Source: Octopus sinensis
Lineage: Eukaryota
DNA length: 64,000 bases
NCBI RefSeq assembly: GCF_006345805.1
Contig: NC_042999.1
Location: 142,538,001 to 142,602,000, forward strand
Reading direction: 5' to 3'
The position numbers and the translations under genes are program-made. Numbering within the stretch: the first letter of the stretch is position 1; the number at the start of each line of letters is the position of its first letter. Shown piece by piece: positions 12,265 through 25,267 of this stretch. The notes beneath the pieces were generated by a model. The model was not told where the DNA came from. It did no database searches and was given only the letters and a program-made list of their open reading frames with translations.

Positions 12265-12789
12265 GAAGGGAACCTGTGGAAGAGGTAGACCTATGGGATG
12301 AGGTGGTGAAGCATGACCTTCAAACATTGGGCCTCACAGAGGCAATGGCAAGCGACCAAGACCTTTAGAGATATGCCATGCTTGAGAAGACCCGGCAAGC
12401 CAAGTGAGATTGTAGTCATGGCTAATGCCAGTGTCACATAACAGGCCTATTTAAAAGCATCCTTTAATCGTTGGGCAATATGTGAAGATCTGTTGAACTG
12501 AGTGAGATCATAACCATGACCAATGCCAGTGCCCTCTGACTGGCACCCGTGCTGGTAGCACATAAAAAGCACCATTCAAGCAAGGCTGATACCAGTGCCA
12601 CCTGACTGGCTCCCATGCTGGTTGCATATAAAAAGTATTTACTACAGTCTTGGAGTGGTTGGCATTAGGAAGGGTATCCAGCTATAGAACTTTGCCAACT
12701 CAGATTGGAGCCTGGTGCAGCCTCCCGGGTTGCCAGTTCTCAGTCAAATTGTCCAACCCATGGAAGGCAGATGCTAAATGATGATGATG

Positions 12790-12790
<1 letters not shown>
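12265..12790 (+). mobile_element. RTE-family 3' fragment ending in (GAT)n
   Basis: gggaacctgtggaagaggtagacc...gagacctttagagatatgccatgcttgagaagacc...taaaaagcac repeats...gtggttggcattaggaaggg...aaatgatgatg; the same family is joined to RTE ORF residues at 20810-21815. Confidence 0.8.
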
Positions 12791-12819
<29 letters not shown>

Positions 12820-12820
<1 letters not shown>

Positions 12821-13003
12821 TATATACATACATGCAAAGGGTTCTTTCAATTTCTGTCTACCGAATCCGCTCACAATGTTTTGGTCAGTCTTGAGCTATA
12901 GTAGAGGAAACTTGCTTAAGGTTCCACTCAATGGAATTGAACCCAAGACTACTGGATTGGGAAGAAAGCCTCTTAATCACACAGTTACTCCTGTGCCTAT
13001 TTG
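12820..13003 (-). mobile_element. tRNA-derived SINE head
   Basis: Reverse complement matches the head at 60647-60800 (gtaactgtgtgattaagagg...gggttcaattcc). Confidence 0.7.
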
Positions 13004-13197
13004 AGGAAGACTTGGCTTCCTCAAATCACAATCTATCATCTTAAATAAAGAGGGACATTTATTGAAGAATATAATTAGTGAGATACACAAAAAAACAGAG
13101 TCTTTTGAATGAAGTGCCTTTGATCAGAGGACTAAATCATAATAGGAGTATTTTATATTCTTTTTGACTATAGTTTTATTTTCTCTCTCTTACATAT

Positions 13198-13236
<39 letters not shown>

Positions 13237-14616
13237 TCTCTTACTTCAGTTGGGTAGTTCTGCAAATTTTATATATGTGTATTTGAATGATCAGAATCTG
13301 TGATTTCCTTCCGGATATTCATTCTTTCAAATGTTAACTCTACATCAGTCAAATAGATTTTGTCTTTTTGTCTTAACTAGATAGCGTGAATCCATCATAA
13401 ATAGTATGAGTAATCTTGCTGAAGCTATACACTTTGAAAACATCCTCACTTTCAGTACAGAACATCATTATAACAAATTAAACAGAATAGAGTTAAGGAA
13501 ATTACACACTTTGATCCCCAAAACTGAGGTTTAGTTTGCTGTTAGTATTGATTTATGTCCTGTTAGTTGTTTTGCATATCTCACAGTGGAGTGTATCATT
13601 TTCCATGAGAGATCTATAACTATCCCATCGATATTACAGTATTTCTTCCCCGTAAATAAACAGTTAACTATATGTAAATGTAGCTCCATAGCACTTTTAG
13701 TCAGCTATTATAGAATGTTTTGCTTTTTAACATTTTAAATGTTTTTTTGCTTCTGTTTTCTACTGGAGGCTAAAGACGTTTTGAAATTGTACAGCTTCAG
13801 TAAGACTGCTATAGTTTGTTTTTCCAATTTTACTTATTGCCTAACACATTTCATTTTATCTATCTCCTATTTTCTATTGCTCTCATTCTTTTTAGGAGTT
13901 GCTTGGTTTGTTTCATCCTTGAGACAAAACACTTTATTATGAAGCTAATTATCTTTGGTTAATTGATACTTCTGATGGATATGAAATAGTAAAATGGATA
14001 AAGTGTTGAGCTAGCAACTCATAGATTTTGAATTCATATTAACTGTAAATGCTTTGATGTGTTTCTGAGCTGTAAACATAATTCTACTATATGTCAGATA
14101 ATTCGTCATGAATGAATAGCAAATTATTTTGGAATGTTATCTACTTGCAGCTGGATTGCTTTTCAGATGAAGATTTATCACTTATCTGCTTCACATCATA
14201 AACAGTAGCTAAGTATTAGCTTCTCGTAATCCATCATTGAAGGATTTGATCTTTGTACTGTAGTTTAAAGAAACTTCTTGTCGTTTCCTAGTTTTCACTG
14301 TTTTTACTTCCTAGTTTTCCTTCTTCATCGAATTGTACTGTCTTTCTCTCATTCTTTTATTTTATTATTCACCATCATACATACTCACTCAAACTCTCCT
14401 CCTCTCTTCATCTGCCAATTCACCTCATCTGAGGTTTGGACCCAAACATGGAACTCTGAGTATCAAAATCTAAAATGACCTGAGCAAATAAAGTTTTCTT
14501 CATAAGATGTTATGTTGCAGCCAACTAGTTTTCTTAGTAGACTAGCTGGCCCTGTGCCATCAAAAATGACGGCTAATTGTAGTATTTTATATATAAATGG
14601 GTACAAAAAGGTGAAA

Positions 14617-14709
14617 AAAGATCAAACAGTGCTTCAACTGTGTGAGTATTCCCCCCTTTTATACGCATACACATATGCTCACACAGAGTTGAAGTGCTGT
14701 TGGATTTTT
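14617..14709 (+). other. 93-nt imperfect hairpin (pre-miRNA-like or MITE remnant)
   Basis: Arms 14617-14649 and 14675-14709 give 32 pairs including 4 G:U, 1 mismatch and a 2-nt bulge; 25-nt loop. Confidence 0.55.
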
Positions 14710-15334
14710 GCTTCACTGTTGACTTTTAACCATCCCACTTCCATTGGTGGATCACCCCTTCCTTTCTCATGCATATATTGTGATGGAGAAATACTCAAGA
14801 GTATTATTATAGCAGAAGGTAATTATAGTAGAAGATATACGACACTTTCTTTACCACTTCCTCTCTCTCATGGCTATTACTTTCTCTCACTCTCTCTCAG
14901 TCATGGCTATTATTCTCACTACTTCTCCTTCACTGAATTACTATTTTCTCTCCTCTCCCTTCACTATTCACTCCTACTGTCTGATTTTGGACAAATATAT
15001 ATATATACAAATATATAAAAACACTACACTAGTTATTATATTAGAAGATAATCTAGGTTGCAATTATTTTTATTGTCTATTTTTCTGTAGTTGAGCTTTT
15101 TTTTTTTTGTCTTCATTTCTGTCTTGCAAAAAAAAAAAAAAAAAAAAATTCATAATTGTAGCCCCAAATATTCTCTGTTAACACATAAGCTGGCCACAGA
15201 AAAGTGTCCAAAGGTAAAACTTCTCTATAATCAAACCAACAGGTAATAGGGTACTAGCTATACAGTCTGACAAAGTCAAAGTGTTTCTTTACCTTTGAAG
15301 CTCATGATTGAAAAATATTAATGCGTCATTATGT

Positions 15335-15690
15335 ACAGGCATCGCTGTGTGGTTAAGCAGCTATGGTTTTGAGTTCAGTGCCATTGTACAGCTCCTTGAG
15401 CAAGTGTCTTCTGCAATAGTCTTGAGCCAACTAATAATTTGTGAGTTAATTTGGTTACCAGAAATTGTGAGGAAGCCTGTCAAGTATGTATGTATGTATG
15501 TATGTATGTATGTATGTATGTATGTATGTGTCTATGTTTGCTTCCCATTACTGCTTAACAACTGGTCTTGGCAAAAATACAAATAGAATAAGTATTATGT
15601 TTAAAAAAACAAATATTAGGGTCAGTTTGCTGGACAGAACTTTTCAAGGCCACACTCCAATGATTGAAAAAATTATAAGATAAAGGTAAA
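15335..15690 (+). mobile_element. tRNA-derived SINE with central (TATG)n
   Basis: gcatcgctgtgtggttaagc...gagttcagtgcc head, microsatellite core, gaataagta...ggccacactcc tail. Confidence 0.7.
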
Positions 15691-15866
15691 AAGGAAGAAG
15701 ACTATAGCCTTGTGAGTGGATTTGGTTGACAGAAATTGAAAGAAGTTTGTCGTATATACATATATACACTGCTGAGTTACAGGGATATAAACAAACCAAC
15801 ACAAGTTGTCAAGTGGAGGTGGAGGACAAACACAAAGACATACACATGCATACATACATACATTCG

Positions 15867-15926
<60 letters not shown>

Positions 15927-15929
15927 GTA

Positions 15930-16272
15930 TCAGGTTGAGTAAAAAGTAAGCAACATTTTGAACCATGAAGAATTTGTGCCGGATTTTTGCAGAGTTTTGA
16001 ATTTTTTAAACATGTTTTTGCAATTGTCTGATAATACAAATGCATCAATAAATTAACACTGATATTTTTTTACCAATACAATCATCTGAAATGGAACTGT
16101 CAAAGCACGATGTTCGGGCAATTTTGCTATTCAACTTCAAAAAAGGATGTAAAACAGGTGAAACTGCTCATGATATCAATGAAATATTTGGTCAGATTAA
16201 AAATAATTTAAATTTTGTGGTGGAGACCTGAGCCTTGAAGATCGTGAGTATAGTGGATGCCCATCCGTCATC
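15930..16272 (+). mobile_element. mariner 5' end: TIR plus decayed transposase N-terminus
   Basis: TA|TCAGGTTGAGTAAAAAGTAAG resembles mariner TIRs. ATG at 16091 gives MELSKHDVRAILLFNFKKGCKTGETAHDINEIFG and, after a deletion/frameshift, GDLSLEDREYSGCPS (SLED..RSGRP motif). Confidence 0.85.
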
Positions 16273-16459
16273 TGGTTTATAACTGATGAAAAATTAGGGA
16301 CCTTCTGTGTCTGTCTTCCATCCATTTGTGCATTCAATATATGCTATACGTTTTTACTTGTCATTTGTGTATTTACTATACATTTTTTTCACTTATTAAG
16401 TAACAGAACGCAATGCACCCTGGCTTTTATTAACAGTAAGTTATATATATGTATGTATG

Positions 16460-16690
16460 TGAATATATCTATGTCTATGTGTACCTTTGTGATTGTCTGT
16501 CACCACTTCTTAACGACCAGAGTTGGTTTGTTTACACCCCTACAACTTAGCAGTTCAGCAAAAGAGACTAATAGAATAAGTACCAGGCTTAAAAAAATAA
16601 GTACTGAGGTAAATTCAGTTGACTAAACGAACCCTTCAATACAGTGCCCCAGCATGGCCACAGTCCAAAGACTGAAATGAATGAAAGATA
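16460..16690 (+). mobile_element. SINE 3' half
   Basis: cagttcagcaaaagagactaatagaataagtaccaggc...ccccagcatggccacagtcc, as at 56620-56750 and 61260-61380. Confidence 0.7.
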
Positions 16691-18795
16691 AAAGAGAAAA
16701 AAGGATATGTGTATTGTCATATATTATTGCCTTTGTGAAATTATCAGCTGCTATGACAACCTAAATTGTTATGTACACTTTGTTGCATAATGACATTAAA
16801 TCAGATGGAAGTATTTTAGCATTAGCTTTAGTGACACATGAAAAAATATTGCTTTCCATTTAATTTCATCCCGCTTCCTTGTAGACATATATATATATAT
16901 ATACACATACACATATATATATATGAATAGAAGAATGGATAAAAAGACAAAGAAAATATGTAAAAAAATATCTATAGAAGGTGCCAAATGCCAGATAGTG
17001 GTGCTGGAAGATAAAACAACAAGCTTGAGATCAATATACATCAAGGTAGGATGAGTGATTTGATTGAATTGACTCTTGAGAGAAAAGTGTAAAAATCACA
17101 AAGCAACAGGTGTAACAGGTGGAAGATGTGTTGTTTGAATATACACACACATATGTGTGCATGTGTATAAATATGTATGTATATTTAAATATGTATGTAT
17201 ATATGTGTGTATGTTTATTCTTCAATCAGTTTACTGAATAAGCTGCAAGAGTCAAAATTTGAAGTTGTTTAAGAGCTTTATAATTTAATGATTTAATGGC
17301 CCTAATATTAGTACAAGCACTGGCACATAAGCTTAGAAAGGCAGTATGCCATACTGCCTTTCTGACACCATCTGTAGAAATTCGTTTTCATATTTTTCCC
17401 TTACTGATGCCTCCAGCCAAGAAAATTTGTTGACAATACAACCTGTTACATGGTTGTGTCATCAGTGACTAAATCAGGAGTCCCACTTGGCTGATCAGGT
17501 GAGGAAAGTTGCTAGAAACCCAGCAGGAGAAAAACACAGCCTGTCATAAAGATGGATGAATCCAGCATGGTGTGAACATCTATCTAGAAATATTACACCA
17601 AAATATAGATGTACTTGAGATGGTGAATGAGCTTACCATAAAGACAGTGGAAGTGAAGGGTATGTTTGTAACATTTTGCTGTGGTGAAGGCATAGGGAGA
17701 AGGTTGCTCCAAATAAAATCCTGATAGGTTAAGCCAATATAATCATTGATTTGCAACCTTTTGTAATATCTAATGATTTTAGTATTTGTTTTGTTTTTGG
17801 TAACTTTAGCCAAGTTAACCAGTATGGTGCTGAGCAAGCTTTTTGTTATGGATACCTGATATCTTCTTTTTTGCTATAGATATCATAGGTCTTATCTGTG
17901 GTGCTACTTTCTCATACGGTTGTTACTCTGTGGTATATTAGCAAATAATGGTTGTACTCCTTATTGGATTTTGTAAAAGAGCCCCATCAGATTTTGAAGT
18001 GACAACATCACTGTAGATGCATTTCTTATGTATCAACCTTGGTTGCCTCTTTGCTCTCTCAGGCCTATTTAAAATGTTATATTTTTTTAAACTTGTGGTT
18101 GCACAAATCATACTGCAAAGTAGCAATTTCCAATCTTTTACCATTGCAACTCATTTTAGTAAATCAATAATCATTCTTAACTTTTTTCTCAAAATTTAAA
18201 TTTTAATAAAAAGCATTTTTCCAAAAATGCAATAACTATTTCTATATAAATCGATTCTAGGGGAGCACATATAACACTTTATATTTCGATGGTAGTGGGG
18301 AAATATTCCTCCTGTTTTGCTTGCAGTAAATGTTATATTGTTGCTCTTATGACCATGGTTGGTTGTATAACATATTTATGAACAAATTTTACAGCCCTTT
18401 TTGCTGTTGTGGCTATATGTATTATTTATGAGTAGTTGTAAGTGTTTATGTTGAGCAGATTGGGAAAACTACCCAAGAATGTCCACCTAAATGCCAGTAA
18501 TATACTGGGGTCTGAGGTCAATATAATCAGTTACGTTCCTCCTCTTGTAGTAATTTGTCTTTGCTTAGTTAAAAGGAATCAATATATTTCCCTCTTTTAT
18601 CTCTCTGATTCCATTTGATCAATGCTTGGCTTCTGTAACCATGACAACAAGATAACAACAGGTCATGGTTGGTCATGTGTATATGTGTATGATGTGTATC
18701 ATATGTGTTTGTATGTGTTGTGTGTGTGGGTAATGGTGGTGGTGGTAGTGGTGGTGGTGGTGGTGGTGGTGGTGGTGGTGGTGGTGTGTGTGTGT

Positions 18796-18836
<41 letters not shown>

Positions 18837-19478
18837 TTGTGTTTTGTCATCAAAAATGTGCAAGAGACCTCAAAAGCTCCCCAACTCTGCCTGGTTGACA
18901 CCATGGAAAATAATGTGACATTGATGGTTGGCTTGTCACATAAATTGCATTTGCTCCTGTTTTCACATCCATTTTCCATATTTACACAGGTAGAAAGGAA
19001 AAAAGAAAAATAAAAGCAGATAAGAAATGAAATAACAGAGTGTTAATAGAAACATACAGAAAAGAGTGAAGTTCTAGTGGTGGTAGTGGTGATGGTGGTG
19101 ATGGCGATAGTAGTGGTGGTGATGGAGGTGACAGTGATCGTAGTGACAGTGGTGGAGGTGGTGGTGGTGATTATTAAACAAACAATAACAGTTATAACAT
19201 TGACAACAGTATTGTTTATTAAAACAGAATTTGATTCTGAAACAGTATTTTAATAACAAGCACTAATGGTTACAGAAAGAAACGAGGCATGTGTATCTTT
19301 CTGAGAGAGATTATATTAGAGAGATGACTAGGAGAATAAGAATAACAATGTAACATGTGAGAGAGAGAGAGAAGAGAAGAAAGAAGGGGAGGAAAGTTGG
19401 AGAGAGAACTGGCAGTGAAAAAATAAAAGAAGCACAATCAATGAGTGAGAGACATGCAAAGTTATTGAGATAGATAGG

Positions 19479-19530
<52 letters not shown>

Positions 19531-19543
19531 AGGTAGGAGAGAT

Positions 19544-19624
19544 GGAAGAAAGAGCGAAGGAGGGAGAGAGGGAAGAAAGAGCGAAGGAGGGAGAGAGGGA
19601 AGAAAGAGCGAAGGAGGGAGGGAG
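19544..19624. repeat. 27-bp purine minisatellite x3 after (GATA)n
   Basis: ggaagaaagagcgaaggagggagagag at 19544, 19571 and 19598. Confidence 0.9.
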
Positions 19625-20039
19625 GGAGAGAGAGCCGATTAGGGGACATGAAGAAAAATAGACAGAAAGCAAAATAGATGGCTAGTGAAGCAAATACAAA
19701 GAGAGGGGAGTAGGTTGAGAGTGAGAAAAGAAGAAATGGATAGAATGAACAGAAAGAAAGCAATGAGAAGTAAATACTCTATATTTATATAAACTCACAT
19801 TTAATCATGGTATAGAGGTGAGGAGAAGGGTTTTAAACTTTTCTCTTGGGGATAAAATGTTTAGACATATTTCCTTAAGCAGAATGCAGTTAATGGAATG
19901 GTTTCTACTCTTAAAAGAAATGAAAGTTCTTTGTTTATTTTATCTGGAAGCAGATAGGATATGTATCGATGAAATTAATTAAATGAGACGGAATCAAAGT
20001 TTTGTTAAGGAGTGACTAATTCTTTCTCAACATGTCTAA

Positions 20040-20530
20040 GCACTGGTGATGGCACCTCACAAAAATCACAAGTGCTGGTGTCAAGTAAAAAGCACTAGTG
20101 CTGATGCCATGTAAAAAGCACTGATGATGGTGCCACATAAAAAACACTGGTGCTGGTGTCATATAAAAACACTGGTTCCACGTAAAAAGCACTGTTGCTG
20201 GTGCCACTCAAAAAGCACTTGTGCTGGTGCCACATAAAAAGCACTGGTGCTGGTACCCCATAAAAAGCACTAGTGAAGGTGCAGCTTAAAAAGCACTGGT
20301 GCTGGTGTCATGTAAAAAGCACCCAGTACACTCTGTAAAGTGGTTGGTATTAGGAAGGGCATCCAACTTTAGAAGCCAAACCAAAACAGACAATGGAACC
20401 TGGTGTGGCTCCTGCCTTAGCAGTTCCTTTCAAACCATCCAACCTATGCCAGCATGGAAAACAGGTAATAAATGATGATGATGATGATAATGACTATGAT
20501 GATGACGATGATGATGATGACAATGATGAC
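20040..20530 (+). mobile_element. RTE-family 3' UTR fragment with ~11 copies of a ~26-bp subrepeat
   Basis: taaaaagcactggtgctggtgccaca-type units followed by the gtggttggtattaggaaggg terminus and (GAT)n. Confidence 0.75.
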
Positions 20531-20809
20531 AATGACGACAATGATGATGATGATGGTGATCTATTTTGATTTCTAACATAAGTAGAAGGGGACCACCAGT
20601 TTGAGGGATGTGAGACAGCTAATCATATCAAGACTCATGCTTGACTAATACTTATTTTAATGACCCCAGATGAATGTAATGTAAAGTTGACTTTAATGGG
20701 AGGCCTTAGAGTTAACCGAGCAAAAACCAGTCTTAGTAATTTGGAAGAAAGACAAATCACAAATCCCTTCAGGTAGATAGCCCTGCTCAATCTGTAGAAA
20801 AGGCACAGA

Positions 20810-21815
20810 TGGCTGAGGTTATCTAGGTGACCAAGTTCTGTTATCCAGGTGACCAAGTTAGTAGTGGGGGTAGTTGCTTTGAGAGACATAGCTATGAGAA
20901 TAAGAATAGGTTGGGTAAAGTTCAGAGAGCTCCTACCTTTGTTGGCAACAAAGGGCCTCTCCCTCAGAGTGAAAGGCAGATTGCATGATGCCTGTGTGCA
21001 AACAGCTATTATACACAGCAGTGAAACATGGGCTGTGACAGCTGAGGACATGTGTAGGCTTGAAAGAAATGAAGCCAGTATGCTTCACTATGTTGGTGTG
21101 CATGTTCGACAGAGTGTAAGTATCTTGAGAGAAAAGTTGGGCATAAGAGGCATCAGATGTGGTGTGCAAGAGAGATGACTGCACTGATATGGTCATGTGA
21201 TGCATATAGATGAGGACAGCTGTGTTGATCTGCAACTGTGGAGGGAACCTGTGGTAGAGGTAGACCCGGAAAGACATAGGACAAGGTGGTGAAGCATGCT
21301 CTTCAAACTTTGAGCCTGACAGAGGCAATGACTGATGACTGAGACCTTTGGCGATATGCTGTGCTTGAGAAGACCCGTCAAGCCAAGTGAGATCATAGTC
21401 GTGGCTGATGCTGGTGTCATGTAACTGGCACCTGTGCACTGGTACATAAAAAGCACTTTCCAAACATTGGGTCTCGCAGATGCAAAGTGACCAATGCCAG
21501 TGGCATGTGAAAAGCTCCTTTCGAGTGTTGGGCCTCATGGACACAATGGCAAATTACAGAGACCTTTGGCATTATGTTGTGCTTGAGGAAAAGACCCATC
21601 AAGTAAAATCACAGTTGTGATAGATACTGGTGTCATGCAAATGGCATCCATACTGGTGGCACAAAAAAGCACCCATTATACTCTCGGAATGGTTGGCATT
21701 AGGAAGGGCATCATGCCAAATCAGACTGGTGCAGCCTTCTAGCTTGCTAGCTTTGGTCAAACCATGCAACCCATGCCAGCATGGACAGCATACATTAAAG
21801 GATGATGATGATGAT
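20810..21815 (+). mobile_element. 5'-truncated RTE LINE (RT C-terminus plus 3' UTR)
   Basis: RIRIGWVKFRELLPLL..KGLSLRVKGRL.DACV..AI..SSETWAV...RLERNEASML...REKLGI...YGHVM; ends in (GAT)n. Confidence 0.9.
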
Positions 21816-22564
21816 TTTGTCTGCTGCTGCTATATTGATTTTGATTCTCCCATTCATTATCCCTGTTTCTATATTGGTGGAGTCATAGTAGGATTGGGTA
21901 CAAAGGTTAGTATTTCAATATCAACACCCATACCCACTTATAGAAAGCAAGCTGATTAATTTCTGGTGGATTCTTGAGATATGTATTTGTTATAGAAAAC
22001 TGTTGTTCTGCTCTACTATGCTATTTTACACTGATTAGGAAGTCAGAATTTAAGAATCTGACCAACCTAAGCACTAATTTGTTGCATATCTACGCTTATT
22101 TATATTAGTGTCTTACCAACACACACACACACACATGTATATATGTATATATGGTGAGTTATATACAAATATATATATACTTTCCCCATCTCTTTATATC
22201 TGCTGTGTCTCTACCATTGATTTCCTTCAATTTATTTGACATTAACTGAATCTTTTGGTATTGGAGAATTCATATGGGTGAGTTCAACTGGTTCTTTGCC
22301 ATGAGGATGGAATCTGCTGCATGTCTGCAACCTGGCGTTTCCAAATTTCTTTCATTTATGAATATGGAGTTATATTTTTACTATTAACATTTTTTTTAGG
22401 CTTTATTTTCTTGTCACAATGTATTTACTTAGAAATTTCTCTTTGAAGATATGGCTCATTATGTATGCAATGTATATATGTAAATATGTAAGAATGTACA
22501 TATATATGCGTACATACATGCATGCATACATTACATACACACATACGTGTGTGTGTGTGTGTGT

Positions 22565-22998
22565 ATAAGAAGCATCAGATGCTGTGTGCAAGAGAAAAGA
22601 CAGTATTGGTTTGGTCATGTGATGCATATGGATGAAGACAGCTATGTAAAGAAATGCCGAGCTCTAATTGTGGGGAGGGAACCTGTGGAACTGTGGAAAG
22701 GGTAGACTCAGGAAGATGTGGGATGAAGTGGTGAGAAAGGATCTTCTGACACTGAGCCCCACTGAGGAAATGACAAGTGACTGGGAGTTGTGGTGATTTG
22801 CTGTAGTTGAGAAGATGTGTCAAGTTAAATAAAATCACTGTTGTCCATACATACAGGTGCTTTTTTTTTACATAAAATGCACTCGTGCCAGTGCAGTGTA
22901 TATGCATCCATGCTGATGGCATGTAGAAAGTGCCCAGCACACTCTGTAAAGTGGTTGGCATTAGGAAGGGCATCTGATGATGATGATGATGATGATGA

Positions 22999-23000
<2 letters not shown>
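22565..23000 (+). mobile_element. RTE-family 3' fragment
   Basis: agaagcatcagatgctgtgtgcaagag...tttggtcatgtgatgc...gtggttggcattaggaagggcatc(tga)n. Confidence 0.75.
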
Positions 23001-23060
<60 letters not shown>

Positions 23061-23374
23061 CATACATACACATATATATGCACACATACATATGGAACTC
23101 ACCATAAATAATATTCTTTAATTTTTTAGACACATTCCCATTTTATGAAAGTATTGAAGTGGATGTTTGGCTACTAAAAATAGAATCTCAAATTTCCCTT
23201 AAACCATTCCCTGCTATTTTAAATTAGAAGCACTTTAGTTCCTGATTTACAAAAAATGGTTGGATAATCATGAATGGAATACTTTTGATCATAAGCCTAC
23301 AGGACCAGGCCTGACCTGGTGCTAAACAATAACAACAACAGCAGTTGTTTCATCTTTGCTATCAACCTGGCATA

Positions 23375-23530
23375 GGTGCATGGTAAGAAGTTTGCTTTCC
23401 AAAAAAAAAAAACATGGTTTCAGCTTGGTTCCTTGGGCAAATGTCTTCTACTATAGCCATGGATCAACCAATGTCTTGTAAGAGGATTTTGCAGATGGAA
23501 GCTGAAAGAAGCATATCCTATAAATGTGTG
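23375..23530 (+). mobile_element. tRNA-derived SINE head
   Basis: gtgcatggtaagaagtttgctt...ttgggcaaatgtcttctactatagcc. Confidence 0.6.
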
Positions 23531-23859
23531 TGTATGTGTGCATGCGTGTGTATATGTGTGTGCATGCATGCGTGGGTGTGTGTTTGTCTGTGTGTGCAGG
23601 ATGCAAGAAGTATTCAAGGTCATATTTGGTAATTTAATAAAAGAACTTTAATCTAGCAAAAACCAAATATATTTTAATAAAAAAATCTGTGCACATGTTC
23701 TTGATAAACTTTCTTAAAAGATTATTCAATGAATGTACCTTCATCTTTGATGATTTCTCCAATACAGGACTAGAATTGTTGACATAACTGCACTAAATAG
23801 TCCTTATTCATTTTGGACATCATATGGGCAATGGTCACCTTCAGTGTAGCTATGGCCTT

Positions 23860-24730
23860 GTGAGAATCTCCATTAGTCTCCTTTTAACAACATTCCATGG
23901 TGAATTTGGAAGTCAAAGGTTTAGTGTTACATAATCGTACACATCGTCTGACATCCAGGCTTATGTTACGTGGGCTTTGTGAGCTTTTTAAGTGCTGAGT
24001 CTTGTTGAAACACAAATTGCCTTTCACTGCATACTTCATGCATTCAGGGCTTAATACTTGTCTCCAGCACCTCAGCATATCCAGTGGCATTAATTTTAAG
24101 ACCCTGTAGTGAGATGTTAGGTGGCATGATATAGCCTTCATTACTCACCACTCCTAAAACCACCACAATTGTTGGAAAGCCAGTGTACATCACACTGGGG
24201 ACATCAGGAGGATCTGTATACAACCATCTATCATCTCTTCTTTTAGGCTTTTGGTTTTAGTTGAAGTTCTTCTCGTCTTCTCATCAGAGAAGAACCAAAG
24301 CAAGCCATGTGGGAGAGAGTTTTTAACTGCTTGGCATGAATGGAATTGCTTTCCTATGTCTTCACAGACATGATTTAGCCTCTCCTCAATGCATATTACT
24401 CGTATCAAATGTCCTTGTGCACCACAGTTCTAATAGTTCACTCTGACATCTGAAGTCTTAGATGATGGCTTTCATTGATTTTCAAGGAACATTAACAGTA
24501 ATGTTTGATATTCACTGGATGAATTGTGAAGTCCTTATAGAATCTAAATGTTTAGAATATTTTTTTCTCTTTGATACAGTTAAAATACTTCTACCAGAGG
24601 CTTCCGATTCCATTCAAACTTTATGTACAAAAGATCTTGCATCATTTAGAAAGTTAGCAATGTTTGAATCCCTGTGTCATACACATTTGGAAACAATGAC
24701 TGCATATTTTTTTAATTTCTTGTGTTAGCA
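23860..24730 (-). mobile_element. Decayed maT/DD37D-type Tc1-mariner transposase
   Basis: Minus-strand frames give KYAVIVS..IANFLN.ARSFV.KV, LLWFFSDEK, DDRWL..DP.DVP, VVVLGVVSNEG.IMPP and FVFQQDSA, which are motifs of maT transposases. Confidence 0.85.
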
Positions 24731-24940
24731 TTTTCTCTGCCTGGGGTATCTGAAAGACATAAAGATCTTTAATTGGCTTGAAGATAATTGTCTTTAAATA
24801 CTCCTTGGACCCTGTATATGTGTATGTGTGTGTGTGTGTGTATGTGTGTGTGTAGTGCTGCTTCTAATTTATATTTCAATATACACATACACACATATAT
24901 ACATGTATGTATGTGCTTGTGTGTGTTTGTGTGCTTGTGT

Positions 24941-25009
<69 letters not shown>

Positions 25010-25236
25010 ACCATCTTATTGCCTTAACTTCATATAATAGTTATAAATATCACTGTTATACAAGCAGTTTTCTTTGTTACCAATATTCTTTGAAAAAAAT
25101 GCCTTGTCAGGGAGAAATATTATCTTGCTTTGAAACAGGTCAGGGCTGACAACAGGAAAAGTATCCAGCTGTAGAAAATCCACCTCAGCAAGTTCTGTCT
25201 GACTGATGCAAGTATGGAAAAGTGGACAGTAAAACA

Positions 25237-25267
<31 letters not shown>

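Noticed and set aside
17338-17360. Short perfect inverted repeat aaggcagtat-gcc-atactgcctt
   Set aside because: Isolated 10-bp arms at a repeat edge; no supporting context.
17588-17660. Candidate exon EILHQNIDVLEMVNELTIKTVEVK|gtatgt
   Set aside because: Good donor but poor polypyrimidine tract, abuts a repeat, and no recognised homology.
20040-20325. CRISPR-like regularly spaced repeats
   Set aside because: These are contiguous degenerate tandem units without unique spacers, inside an RTE 3' UTR in eukaryotic DNA; no cas genes.
22245-22285. ESFGIGEFIW|gtgagt resembling the DNMT3 PWWP motif with a splice donor
   Set aside because: An in-frame stop lies about 9 codons upstream with no AG acceptor in between.
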